From Macrostomum hystrix (Eukaryota > Animalia > Platyhelminthes), in NCBI GenBank assembly GCA_950097015.1, contig CATNEN010000002.1, positions 4,650,001 through 4,714,000 on the forward strand: DNA of 64,000 nt, read 5' to 3'. Shown one piece after another: positions 11,881 through 26,100 of the stretch (positions within the stretch are counted from its first letter, which is position 1; each line of letters starts with the position of its first letter). The notes under the pieces were generated by a model. That model was not told the origin of the DNA. It worked only from the letters and a program-made list of their open reading frames with translations, and searched no databases. The position numbers were made by a program, and so were the translations under genes.

Positions 11881-13081
11881 ATGCCACTTGAGTTTCTATT
11901 TGGCCGGAAGAAGACTCCGGAGGAGATGCTGCGACAGAATCAGCGTGCTCTGAACCGAGCTATGCGCGATTTGGACAAGGAGAAAAGCAGGCTAGAGCAG
12001 CAAGAGAAGAAAGTGATTGCCGACATTAAAAAACTGGCCAAACAAGGCCAGATGGATGCTGTGAAGATCATGGCGAAGGACTTGGTGGGCAGACTCATTG
12101 TACCTAGCTCATTTGTTTATCTTCTCCAATCCATTCGTTGCTAGCCTCATAAATCCATTGGTTGCTAGACTCCTAAATCCTTTGGTTGCTAATCTCCTAA
12201 ATCCGTTGGTTGCTGGCCTCCATAATCCATTCGTTGCTAACCTCCTAAATCCTTTGGTTGCTAGTCTCCTAAATCCGTTGGTTTCTAGCCTCCATAATCC
12301 ATTCGTTGCTAGCCTCCATAATCCATTCGTTGCTAGCCTCCATAATCCATTCGTTGCTAGCCTCCATAATCAATTCGTTGCTAGCCTCCATAATCCATTC
12401 GTTGCTAGCCTCCATAATCCATTCGTTGCTAACCTCCTTAATCCATTTGTTGCTAAGTCTTTGACCTTAATTTATAGGTTCCTACACTTCTTGTAAGTGA
12501 AGTATAAGTGTAAGTGTCTTTCGAAGATGTCAATCATCAACGGTAATCATCAATCATAAACAGTTGCTTAATCTGACTAATTCTGTCAGGTGCGGACCAG
12601 AAACTACGTGAAGAAGTTCATCCTTATGCGAGCCAACATTCAGGCCATCAGCTTGAAGATTCAAACCTTGCGTTCCACCAATCAGATGGCGCAGGCCATG
12701 AAGGGTGTCACTCGCACCATGCAGCGCATGAACAAGGCCATGAACCTGCCTCAGCTGCAGCAGATCATGATGCAGTTCGAGAAGGAGTCAGAAATCATGG
12801 ACATGAAGGAGGAGATGATGTCCGACGCCATCGATGACGCCATCGGTGGCGACGAGGACGAAGAGGAGACGGAAGCGGTGGTCACGAAGGTGCTTGACGA
12901 GCTGGGCATTGAGCTCACAGGTGAGCTGGCCGGAATCGGGCCTGGCGGCTCCACCATCGGCGAATCCGCGGCTGCCGCCAAGAAACCTGCTGCTGCTGCC
13001 GCCGCCGCTGCTGGCGGCGCTGAAGGCGGCGGCGATTTGGACGACTTGGAGTCGCGTTTAAATAACCTAAGAAGGCAGTGA
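11881..13081 (+). CDS. CHMP2A: ESCRT-III subunit CHMP2A/Vps2; exons 11881-12084 and 12590-13081, ~231 aa
   Basis: N-terminus LFGRKKTPEEMLRQNQRALNRAMRDLD, AVKIMAKDLVRTRNYVKKF across the junction, C-terminal MIT-interacting motif DLESRLNNLRRQ. Confidence 0.95.
12130..12450. repeat. 24-bp minisatellite (GTTGCTAGCCTCCATAATCCATTC) in the CHMP2A intron
   Basis: Tandem units; ASLHNPFV periodicity in the spurious ORF. Confidence 0.95.
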
Positions 13082-14159
13082 TTGGTTGACATTTGATTTG
13101 TTATAAAAATGGCCTGTTTTTACTGCCCTGTATCATTGATGATAACTGATTTGAGTGTAGAAATGTTTCATATTAAATTTATTAAAATGTGTTATGTAAT
13201 CATAATATTAAAACGAATATAAAAGAAATTTTCTATCTTACAAGAACTTTCGTTTTGCCGGAACAAACATTTTATTCCGTTTTTAGTTCCATCCAACTAT
13301 GAGTTGCGTTCATTTCTCATGTGCAAAACAGCGCGTGTCCATTGTCAGTGCCCAGCTGGCCAACAATATTCAAGAGTCGTCCTTGTATGTTTCCGTTATT
13401 TTCGTCAATTTGTCTATAAGTCAATCACTCAATTAATAAGAATTATATATTTTGCTGCTTATAAAAATTGAACTATTTATAGATTATAAGTGTTAAAAGA
13501 AAGCAAAGTCTTTGTACAGTATCGTGTTTTTTGTTATTTCATTGGTCATCGAAATTATGGTTACGAAATAAGCGTGAAAGTTAGGCTGACCAGCGGGTCG
13601 GCTGCAGTTCATAATTTTGTTCTTTAACCCTAAAAATAGCAGATGAGATTGAAAAATGTATATTTAACTATGGCATGCAAACTGCAATTGCCAAGCCGGA
13701 AAATGGTTGCCACAAGAGTGCTCATGTTTTTTAGTTCAATTTGCAACTTTATATGAATTAGAGCTGTATGTATCCGTAACAGAAAGGAAAACAGTCGATA
13801 GCTCGCTCGTAAGTGCGGCCAAAATATGGCAAAAACATTCGTGAAATAGAAAAAATATATAATATTCTTTTATGCCTACTACGGTTTTGAATAAGTAGTA
13901 TGTATAGGAAAATATGTAACGTCAATTGGAACAGTGAAAAGGAAAATTATAAAGTTCTACCGAGGTGCAAGAGTAAGAAAGTAAAAAAAGTGCAAAAATA
14001 AGGAGAAGCGATTCAAGCTACCTATCAATTTTAAGTATGATTGATAAAGTTGATAAAGACTTACAAAAATAGACAAATTTTAACGGTGCGTCTAATATTT
14101 AACAAATGTTGAGAGAATCCAAGTACAAAGTCAGCCATAAACCAGTACAGAACGAACTC

Positions 14160-17100
14160 CTAGCGGTACTGGAACTCCATCTGGAACAGGTAGCGCTGGC
14201 ACACTTGGCTTACATCGTACACAATGTACTCATTGTACAGCAGCGACAATCCCGGTTGTCCCGTTGGCTTCGGCTTGCCCAGTGGTATCTCTGCGCCAGT
14301 CCAGGAATCCACCACCTTCTCAGCTGGGTCGGGCATGGTGGCGCCAACGCCCTTGGTTGACTGGTACCCTGGCGGCAGTTTGGTGATGTACTCAGCCTTA
14401 GTGCGCTCGTACATGTTGCCCAGAGACACCTCAGACAGCAGCATGATTGCCCGCGGCTCCGACCGGGTTGTGGCACAATAATTGGCCGATTTAGTAACCA
14501 TGTCGGCAAAGTACACTCCCTTGCCGAACATGTAGCCTGTCACTGGCGCTTCCGGCGGGGCAATGCGCAGACCCTGGGGGAATGCCATTGCGGACAGTCT
14601 GTGATAGATGCACTTTTCAAAGATCTGCTAGGTACTGACAGAAAATATTGAACTGACAGAGTCTGACACAGAAACTGACAGCCAGTCTGACACACAAACT
14701 GACAGTCTGATCGACACAATTTAACAGACTGACCCAGACCTTCAGACACGAAAACAACACACAAAGTGACATTCAGACTAGCTGTAAAACCAGCTGACAC
14801 AGAACAGCGAGCCAAGAAGTCCAACCTGAGACAGAATGCCAGCCCAGTTGGTCCGCCTGGAGCCGTGCCACAGCAGCTGTCGATTCGGCAGCTTCTTGAA
14901 CGCCTTAAATCTCTCCTCCTCGCCTTCGCGTCGCACTTTGAAGATGTTGACCACTTTGACTTTGAAGGCCACGTGAGTTGGCGCGTGAGTGTTCTCAACG
15001 TACTCAACCAGCCGCTTGTAGTCCTCAGAATCAGGCGGCAGGACTTCAATCTCGGAGTGCAGCTGCTTGTAGTGCGCCTCAAGCGGATCTTCGCCGGAGC
15101 CGCCATGGGCGGACTTGATCATTGAGTAGGCCACCTCAATCTCCAGCAGGTTGTCCAGCATGTCCAGCTTGGCCTTGATAATCTCTGGCGTGTCCAGCAT
15201 CGGAGGCCGGCGCATGCCGAAGTCGTGCGGAATCAGCGAGTAGAATCTGGTGGACGCCTCCAGAAACTGGGCCGTGGTGCCGCCGCCGCTGCAGATGTTG
15301 CTCAGGTCGGTGAGCACTGAGTAGGCTTCGCGCACCTGTGGAGTGGCAATAGTGAATGGGAAATCATAAGCCTGCTAATTGGCTACGTTTACTGAGTAAC
15401 ATAAAAAGTACAAAAAACTTTTTGAGACACCCCTGATGAAGTTGAAACTTCTGACAGGGTGGTCGTGAGTTCGAATCGCAATTCAAGAAGGACAACTTGT
15501 GTCTCAAGAAAGACATAATTTCCGATTGCTTTATTTACACCCAGCTGTTAAATGGGTATCAGGATTACACCCAGCTGTTAAATGGGTACCAGGATTACAC
15601 CCAGCTGTTAAATGGGTACCAGGATTACACCCAGCTGTTAAATGGGAGCGGGGATTACACCCAGCTGTTAAATGGGAGCGAGGATTACACCCAGCTGTTA
15701 AATGGGAGCCGGGATTACACCCAGCTGTTAAATGGGAGCGGGGATTACACCCAGCTGTTAAATGGGAGCGGGGATTACACCCAGCTGTTAAATGGGAGCG
15801 GGGATTACACCCAGCTGTTAAATGGGAGCCAGGATTACACCCAGCTGTTAAATGGGTACCAGGATTACACCCAGCTGATTAATGGGAGCCAGGATTACAC
15901 CCAGCTGTTAAATGGGAGCCAGGATTACACCCAGCTGTTAAATGGGAGCCGGGATTACACCCAGCTGTTAAATGGGAGCCGGGATTACACCCAGCTGTTA
16001 AATGGGAGCGGGGATTACACCCAGATGTTAAATGGGAGCGGGGATTACACCCAGCTGTTAAATGGGAGCCAGGATTACACCCATCTATTAAATGGGAGCC
16101 GGGATTACACCCAGCTGTTAAATGGGAGCCAGGATTACACCCAGCTGTTAAATGGGAGCAGGGATTACACCCAGCTGTTAAATGGGAGCCAGGATTACAC
16201 CCAGCTGTTAAATGGGAGCCGGGATTACACCCAGCTGTTAAATGGGAGCCGGGATTACACCCAGCTGTTAAATGGGAGCCGGGATTACACCCAGCTGTTA
16301 AATGGGAGCCGGGATTACACCCAGCTGTTAAATGGGAGCCGGGATTACACCCAGCTGTTAAATGGGAGCCGGGATTACACCCAGCTGTTAAATAGGAGCC
16401 AGGATTACACCCAGCTGTTAAATGGGTACCAGGATTACACCCAGCTGTTAAATGGGTACCAGGATTACACCCAGCTGTTAAATGGGTACCAGGATTACAC
16501 GATAAACCTATGCTCGCATTTATTAAATGGGTACCAGCATTAGCTGGGGTAATTGAGGGTGGGTGTGGCGTCCCCTTAAGCTACGGACAAACCTCCAGGT
16601 GTCAGACCACAAACCACCAGGGTTCTCACTCACCTGTCGCTTTGAAATCTTGCCTAGTGGCATCTTCTTGAGATCGATCTCAAACTCGAGCATAGTCTGC
16701 TTCATGCTGTCGATGTCAAAGATGAACTGCAGCAGCTGCTGCACCTTAGGCGCCAGCTTGCAGGTCAGGGACTTCTGGGGGCTGAGCTTCAGCTTGGAGT
16801 CGTCCTCCGGGCCGTAGTCGATCTCCACCGGGAAGAATCTGTTTGGCAGCTTCTTGAACTCGCTGGCAAAGAAATCGTTGCCAGTTTTCTCTTCGAACAG
16901 CTCCAGGAAGTTCTCGATGGCGTAGTCGCGCCGGCTGAAGCTCTGCAGCTTGTTGCCGCCAACTGTGGTGCCGATGCGGCCCCAGGCGCGGAACACCCAG
17001 TAATGCTTGACGCCAACCTCAGACTCCAGGCATTGCAGCTTGTAATACGAGTTGCTGTCCCGAACCAGATCCACCAGGTTCAGCATGGCATTCAAAGGCT

Positions 17101-20100
17101 TGCTGCGCTCCTTCACAATCACCGCCTTGTCCGCCACGCCCGAGTCCGGGTCCACGGCTGAGCCGTCCTTCACCTGCACCTTCATCTTCTTCTCCGTCTG
17201 GGCCTTGAACTTGCGCTCTGAATGGATGGGACAGGGGTTCGGAGTGATGTGAGACACTCACTTAACCAGCATGAGACACTCACCCAGCCTGTCTCCAACC
17301 TGAGACACTCACCCAGCCAGCCTGAGACACTCACCCAGCCAGCCTGAGACACTAACCCAGCCAACCTGAGACACTCACCCAGCCAGCCTGAGACACTAAC
17401 CCAGCCAGCCTGAGACACTCACCCAGCCAGCCTGAGACACTAACCCAGCCAACCTGAGACACTCACCCAGCCAGCCTGAGACACTCACCCAGCCAACCTG
17501 AGACACTCACCCAGCCAGCCTGAGACACTCACCCAGCCTGTCAGCCTCGGAGGCGCCCTTGGTGGCAGTCTTGGCCAGGCGTTTCTCCACATCGCCGCCC
17601 CAGGAGCTGATGGCGTGCGCCTTCACTAGCAGAGCCACGCCGCCTTTACTGCAGGCGTCGACGAAAGCGTCGGAGACGACGTGAACATCGGCAGCTTTGG
17701 CCTTGTCGAAGTCCTTTCCACCGGCGTCCAGATCTTTCTGGCTGCTGATGAGGGCCGTCAGCTTGGCGTCCACGGTGCTGGTGAGAACGGCGCCCAAGGA
17801 CTTCAAAGAGTTCTCCAGGTCTTTCTTGGCTCGGCCAAGGTGCTTGCCAACAACTTTGAACACCGTGCCAGACAGTGGCTGTGTTGTTGAGCTGCTGCTG
17901 CTGCTGCTCACGAGATTAGAGCTGTCAGTCTTTGCTGTGGCTGAAGTCTTTGGGAAAAGTCGGTCAGCTGGCTTGTACCTGTTAGAGGCGTAGTGATGGG
18001 GATCTTTGAGGACTGGGAAGGTCAGATTAGGAATTCTCAGACGATTCCTCATTTCAGATTTGGGATCTCTGAAGATTCTGACTCTGAAGATGATCTCTGA
18101 AGATTCCGGTGTCAGATTGGGATCTCTGAAAATTCTGGTGTCAGATTGGGGATCTCTAAAGATTCCGGTGTCAGATTGGGGATCTCTGAAGATTCCGGTG
18201 TCAGATTGGGATCTCTGAAAATTCTGGTGTCAGATTGGGGATCTCTAAAGATTCCGGTGTCAGATTGGGGATCTCTGAAGATTCCGGTGTCAGATTGGGA
18301 TCTCTGAAAATTCTGGTGTCAGATTGGGGATCTCTAAAGATTCCGGTGTCAGATTGGGGATCTCTGAAGATTCCGGTGTCAGATTGGGATCTCTGAAGAT
18401 TCTGGTTTCAGATTTGGTATCTCTGAAGATTATTGTGTCAGTGGTTGTGTCAGTGCAATAATTTTCTTGTCTAAGCCGGAACTCACTTGTACTTCTTCAG
18501 CAGCTCAACATCGTGATACTCCTCCGGCACCTTGAAGGGCAGTCGCTTAGGTGTCTGGGTGATGTTCAAGCACTTGGCCCACTCGCTCAACATGCCGGTG
18601 CAGCGATAACCGGCCGAGCTGTAGGCCAGCTGGCCAGTTTTGCATTCAGTGCACGGAGCCAGTGCGCCAAACAGCATGGCGTCGGCAACGCGATCGAGTA
18701 GGTTGGACTCGCCTGATGGCACGCCCTGAGCATTGTGCTCAAGCAAGCCAATCAGGGCCGCCTTGCTAACATTGCGCTCCAATTGGTCGCGAATGCGCCA
18801 GTATTCTTCATTTTGCGACTGGGTGATTAATGAGAAAAATACATTATAATGACTCATTTTTCTTGGTGCACTACTTACAGTAGGGTAGTGAGTACTATTA
18901 TCAGTAGAACTGACAATTTTTGTGCTGCACCCGAACGGAGCAACGCAAGCACACAAAACTCAAGAAAATGGGCTAACTCTTTGTTGTGCATCTTCTAAAA
19001 CAAGAATCAAGTCGCCAGCTTATCAGACCGTCGAGATATTCAACGGTTCTGCCCGAACGTCAGATTTTTCCTATAAGTTCTAGCGTATTTCATACACCCC
19101 TATACACAAATTAGCAGTTGCCAGGCCTTCAAAATTGATCAGCATGTCACCCGAATGTGCCTGCACAATCTCAATCTTTGGTGGTCACCCACCCTAATCT
19201 AGACGGATTAGCTGGACCTTTAATGGCTAAAACAGGTGGAAATCGGCCACTATGGAAGCCCTGACGCGAATTTCTCCAAATTCATTGCTTAAGCCGAAAT
19301 ATTAGGCGCAGCTCAACCACAGGACACCCTCGCCTAGTCTGTCAACCAATCAGTCATTAACCAACGGCGGCAAAATGGCTTGGTAGTCCTACTGTTAATA
19401 AATTTTGTAAAACTTAAAGAATTAAGAATTTGAGAATAGTTTTCTACGAAAGATTATAATTTTCCGCTCGTTCAGGCAGCCTCTTTAAACTCTTCAACAA
19501 GCATTTACTGATCTCTATGAGTATTTGACATTCAAGAAGGTTGTGTTCAGTCCAGTGACTGTGGTGGGGCGCCACACCCACGCATATTTCTCCCTCATTA
19601 GGATGGATGAACCGATGTAGCATGTAGGAATTGAGTATGCTGCTCAAAAACACGAATCATTTCTCCTAGGCTAGGAATTAGGATTCGAACTCTAGACAGC
19701 TCTAAAATCTGAGTCAAAGTGTGGCCTCTTAGCTACGACCTCTTTCAGAAAATAAAACTACTAAATAATTATTGACCGTCTCTTTAGTTTTATTTCTGTT
19801 TCTGGGTCAGCCCGAGTGCAGCAAATCAATGAGAATGAAGTTTTCAAGTACAGTTCGCATTTTGCATCTTATTCAATCTATCTACCAGTTTCAGCTAGGC
19901 GCATTAACCCAACTGCAGAAAGTCATAAATCAAACTGGACTGACAGAGAAGAGATCAAAGAGATTCACCGGCCATGCACTGTCAAGGCGGGAAGGAAATA
20001 CATTAAAATGTTTGAAAATTTAAAGCAGAAATTTTGCGAGCTTTGTAGAATTTAATAGCCCAAACGTTATAAAACTGTAAGCAATACAAATTCGAAACAT

Positions 20101-23100
20101 ATTCATTCAAGTACAGCCAAGTGAGAACATACTAACTAGCGCTCATATACCCATTTTACATAATTGATTACCTATTCAATTAAACTAGTTTAACAAGCAA
20201 AACCTAAAGAAGAAAAATAAGCAAAGCCACACCTTCAGCTTAGCCTCATCAGGGTCCAGTTTACTCTTCTTGGACTTCGGCCCGCTGTCGTCCTCTTCTT
20301 TGACTTCGGCGGCTTTGCCGGTCGGCTTCTTTGAACGCTTCTTCCTGTTGGATGCGGGGGCATTGGGAGGAATGTTTACTAGTTCTATTAGTTCTGTCTC
20401 CATATTATCATTCGACTTTTCTCTTGAATCTTATCAATTAATAAAAACGCACACTAGAAGCGACACTAAATCTATTAAAAACACATTTATCAATAATTAA
20501 TCACTCATTTTAAACCAATGTTTATTCATCACCCATCAGCTTATCTCCTAAATCCAAATCTACCAATCATCAATCAGCTTATCTCCTAAATCCCAATCTA
20601 CCAATCATCAATCAGCTTATCTCCTAAATCCCAATCTACCAATCATCAATCAGCTTATCTCCTAAATCCCATCTACCAATCATCAATCAGCTTATCTCCT
20701 AAATCCCATCTACCAATCATCAATCAACTTATCTCCTAAATCCCATCTACCAATCATCAATCAGCTTATCTCCTAAATCCCATCTACCAATCATCAATCA
20801 ACTTATCTCCTAAATCCCAATCTACCAATCATCAATCAATATCTCCTTAATCCCATCTACCAATCATCAATCAGCTTATCTCCTAAATCCCATCTACCAA
20901 TCATCAATCAGCTTATCTCCTAAATCCCATCTACCAATCATCAATCAATATCTCCTAAATCCCATCTACCAATCATCAATCAATATCTCCTAAATCCCAT
21001 CTACCAATCATCAATCAATATCTCCTTAATCCCATCTACCAATCATCAATCAGCTTATCTCCTAAATCCCATCTACCAGTCATTTATCAACTTATCTCCT
21101 AAATTTAATAATTTGACTTTTAATACATTTTTTATAAATGCACAATTATGTGTGACACAAGCACTCGGTTAGATATGAAAGGTGAAAAATAGGCATTTCT
21201 AACAAGCTAAAATAAGCTAAGTTGACGATGAGTCGAGTCGAGAGTAAATTCAGTCTAGAAAAAATACTTGAGCATGTTAGAGTATACTGGCAAAGCATAT
21301 CTTCAAAGCCAAAAAAGAGAGATAAACTTGATATGCCACACCAGGAAGTGCTCTTAGCAACTACTCGCAGCTAGCCGACCTACTGAGCCTCAGCTGACTT
21401 GAACTCAACATCCCATTCAAAGTGAACTTAACTAACTGTAAAGCAGAGCCCTTTTAATTAAAAGGTTCGCAGAACAAAAATGCAAGATAGAACTAGAAAT
21501 AGTTGCAGAGATCGAATCTGTATTAAGCAGATGGGAACGGAGAGCTATGACTGGGGCTAGAGGAAACAGTGAGGCCTTTCAGAGTCCCGCAACAATTTCG
21601 ATCGAATAGCAGGTCAATTATCTCTTCTAAGCTAGAAACTAACATTACGAGGCCAGACAGCTGATAAGACACGCAACACACAAGCCAGTCCACTAGATTC
21701 TTACCCCTTGGCGGCCGAGGCTTCGAAAGGAAATTTCTTCTTTAACTCGGCCTTGTCTTCAGCTTTCAGGCTGGGGAATCCAGCGATCCTGACCAGCGAT
21801 TAAATTGGGAGTTAAAGAGCTGAGTGCGTGTGTTGCCATGCCTCCAATAATCGATGCGACCTGCTCAACTCAGCATCACTATAAACTGAGCATCAGGGAC
21901 AGTGCTCACTGTCACACTGAACTGAATTGAGCATCAGGGACAGTGCTCACTGTCACACTGAACTGAATTGAGCATCAGGGACAGCGCTCACTGTCACACT
22001 GAACTGAATTGAGCATCAGGGACAGTGCTCACTGTCACACTGAACTGAATTGAGCATCAGGGACAGTGCTCACTGTCACACTGAACTGAATTGAGCATCA
22101 GGGACAGTGCTCAGTGTCACACTGAATTGAATTGAGCATCAGGGACAGTGCTCACTGTCACACTGAACTGAATTGAGCATCATGGACAGTGCTCAGTGTC
22201 ACACTGAACTGAATTGAGCATCAGAGACAGTGCTCACTGTCACACTGAACTGAATTGAGCATCAGGGACAGTGCTCAGTGTCACACTGAACTGAACTGAG
22301 CATCAGGGACAGTGCTCAGTGTCACACTGAACTGAACTGAGCATCAGGGACAGTGCTCAGTGTCACACTGAACTGAATTGAGCATCAGGGACAGTGCTCA
22401 GTGTCACACTGAACTGAATTGAGCATCAGGGACAGTGCTCACTGTCACACTGAACTGAATTGAGCATCAGGGACAGTGCTCAGTGTCACACTGAACTGAA
22501 TTGAGCATCAGGGACAGTGCTCACTGTCACACTGAACTGAATTGAGCATCAGGGACAGTGCTCAGTGTCACACTGAACTGAATTGAGCATCAGGGACAGT
22601 GCTCACTGTCACACTGAACTGAATTGAGCATCAGGGACAGTGCTCACTGTCACACTGAACTGAATTGAGCATCAGGGACAGTGCTCAGTGTCACACTGAA
22701 CTGAATTGAGCATCAGGAACAGTGCTCACTGTCACACTGAACAGATAATCAAAGCGGATACTGTCGCACTCACAGCTCAATGTTGCATTTCTCGGTGAAG
22801 TTCCAGCTATCTCTGCGCTGTACAAAGCAGTCAACATGGTGCCAACAGTCTACGGGACCGTAAGCCTTAGCCTGGGCCGAATCGAAATCTTTGCCAGCAA
22901 TTCGCACCTCATCCTGTCGGATTGAATATTAAAAGCAAATGAAAAAACACTTCACGAGCAATTTGTTAACGGCGATTTTTAGCCTGTATCAAGCCTTGAG
23001 TTCAAGTTCAAAGGCCTGGACAAGCTCAGATCTGGAATACGCTGACGCACGCACACAGAATTAATAGCAAAATAGTTTCTACATAGAACTATAGAAACTC

Positions 23101-26100
23101 AATTAAGAAAGTGTGTCGCCCTAATTCAGCCTGTCCAGGCATTTCCCATTTCTACCTGCACTGCTTGCGGGTGCAAGGATAGTCTAAGCTGGGATTTGAG
23201 CCCGTGAGCTATCCGACTTTGTCACGCGAAGCAAGTAGGAGAAAATGGATAGGAAAATCAATCAGGACGGCTTTAGCAACCGGCTGGGTCAAGTGCGAGT
23301 GAAGTCAATTTTGCACAGATTAGTAATAGAAAAACAACTCGAATTTCAAACCGATACGCGTGCTTCGAAGACAGTAAGGATTTGTTGGGGACAGTGCCAA
23401 CTCATCGTCTGAGACTGAGATCAGTCTAGTCCAAATTCCCGAAGACGCCTCAAGCAGGGGGAGTTTGAAAGGGGAGAATCTACAACGGAAGAAGACTTTC
23501 TCGTCTTGAAGATACCATCGTCATTAGTTTCTTTAACAACTGGGAGAAAAGTCACGAAGCCGTGTGATGTGTTTTGAGATGAAAATGAAAACTAGCCTAA
23601 AGCCAGCCAAAGGGATGGAAGATTCGATCTTTAAGCTCATTGTGCTAGTATGCGCAAGTCTCCTTAACGGATGAATTAATTCCTCTGCTATTTTCACTTT
23701 CTTTTTTTGTGAAAATCGTTTGACAAAAGCAGCCAAAGTTGTAGGTTTTTTGGACCGAAGTTGAGTGAAGCGAAATAGAGTGCGCTCACAATAATCCGAG
23801 TGCACGCGGCTTGAGAGCCACACTGCTACTCTACTTTGCTGCGAGAAGCAAGAAGCTGCCACAACCTCCAATAAGCCTGCTGCCTCCATAAATAATAGGA
23901 TACTCTGCGCAGGCGGAAAATTCAATTGATTATGGGTTGAAACGGGCGACACGGCTAATGACTGGGCCGACACGAAGTAGCGCGGAGGCATAGGGGTTAG
24001 AGAGGAGGGGGCAGAGGCGGAGAAGGCCGACAAACTGCGGCCTTGTTGAGGCCAGTTCTGGGCAAAATTTGCAGATGCTCAAACCAGATAGAAGAGTGTG
24101 GCAGAGGGTGGGGCACAGCTTGGTACAGGGTAGAAGAAGTATTCCGTAGTCAGTAGCTAGCAGAGCGGCGTCGAAAAAAGAGGCCTTAACGAGCCCCGGA
24201 CTGTTCATCTAGCGACAGCGGGGCAGATCAAAGAATTAGCAGCGAAACAACCCGGGAATGTCAGTGCGTGAGCGTGCTAGCTCATAATAATATCTTGGTT
24301 TTCAGTTATTGGCGACGCCAAGTCATGCTCAAGTCAAAAGAATTTGTAGGATTTCATGCGCCTACATAAATCAGAAGCGTTATGCTTTTCTGCCAAAACT
24401 AAATCCGCTCAGAAGAAGAGCACTAAAAATATGGTTCGGCATTAGCATATAAATATTGGATTACTCCCACGGATCTGGTGGCAGATTTCTAGTGGTCATA
24501 AACTCGCAGATCAAGGCGACAGATGCTGTCGGGATTATTTTACAACTACTGATATGGGCTTTGCTTAAGTCGGCACAACGCTTGGATGTAATCTGATTTA
24601 GTAAAGAAGAATTCTTAGCAGTAGAGTTTGTGCGCGTGCTTAAACTAATTGATATGAGCTAAAAGTGAGCTAAACTTATGTTTTTTCGTTCAGACGACAA
24701 GAATGTAAATAAATGCACAGCCGCATTGTCAAAGTTGAAAGAAGTCGACCAAGAAACGCAGACTGAGGGTCAAAAAGGTGCATAGATAGAGAAAAATAAT
24801 CCAGGACCTGGACAGTAATTAAAAGTCTGAATTCGAGTGACAGGGACTTCGCCGCACGTCTAACTCAGGAGGCACAATTGCAGGCCCTGAGGCTTCAGGC
24901 GTATCATTACGGATATTGAAGCGATGCCGAACAGAATATGTAATAGAGGGGTCTAGCAACTTTGTGCCAAGTATAGAAAGTAGAGATGCACAAAGGGCAG
25001 GTGTGCAACCCGAGGCCTTATCCGGCTTTCATCAGATCAATCGATTTTCCCAACCTCTGATGAGCCAGTGAAAGTGTAAGAGGAAAAAAGTCATTTCTGA
25101 AACAAAAGATATATGATTGAGGACTGAGCACACTGATGCTTTGGGAAAAAACTCGCAGAGCCGCAGTTCCAATCAGAGCGATGAGCTTGTGAACGCAAAA
25201 TATAAAGTAAATGGATAGGCATGCATCCAGGGAAAGAATGCAGTACAAAAGTCTAGGCCACTGCTTTCTGAGCAACGATTGGTCAAAACAGTGCCAGCCA
25301 CTCTAGTGTCCAGACAAACTGGCACCCCTTGTTGCCGATTTTGTTCGAGAAGCGTCTGATGCGAATTCATTTTTTAAAACTTGCAGACTAAAGCACACAA
25401 GCGCAGAAATCCGTGAAAAAGAATTGCACGAATCCGATTTCATTCTTCGCTGCACTTTTTCGTTTAGGAATAGTTGGAGAGGCCTCCCTTCTTAAGTCCA
25501 GTCAGTCTCAACACGCTCAGTCACTTCAGAGCACCTAGAAGCTGGCGTTTGACGCAATACGGTCACCAATAATAAACTAGCCTCGGACAAACTTAGCTCG
25601 TCAAGTTTCTCAGGTTTGACACCGAGTCAAATAAGGTCGAGATAAGATCTGTCGGAAGGATTGGAGACATAGCAGATAAGTCATGCTTCGATCGGACTAC
25701 AAATACAGTCGCGAACCGTCGACTGAGTCAGGAGCAGCCAAGGGCAACGGAATCGGCGATATCGGCAGGCAGGGAATCTGTGGCAACCTGCTCACCGCAC
25801 CTGGAGGTCATAGCGACCCTGTGGAAAATAGCAGCGGCGATAGCGGCGGCGGTAGTAGTAAGCGAAGCGGCAGCATGAAGCACTGGAGCCCTTTTGCTGC
25901 TTTAGGCAAGCGGGCAAGGGACGGCCTACGCAGATGCAACACGGTGCGAGTTGGCCTGGGCGGCACATCGGCAGGTTCAATGGCTTCAACTTCATCGACG
26001 ACTGTTGACATCAACTTGGGAAATCGACGAAACGCAATGCCCAACATCTTCCTGGGCCAACCAAGCAGCGGCGTGCGGCGCCTCTTTGCCATCTACGGCA

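Noticed and set aside
15497-16543. 348-aa DYTQLLNGS repeat ORF
   Set aside because: It is the translation of an intronic 27-bp minisatellite inside a SINE, antisense to PARP1.
21888-22741. CRISPR-like array (palindromic ~41-bp repeats)
   Set aside because: Units are contiguous with no unique spacers, there are no cas genes, and the context is a eukaryotic intron. The GACAGTG motif is also not a true RAG heptamer (CACAGTG) and has no nonamer.
23100-25400. Short ORFs in the large PARP1 intron (e.g. 23533-24033)
   Set aside because: No recognisable motifs, splice structure or coding-like composition.
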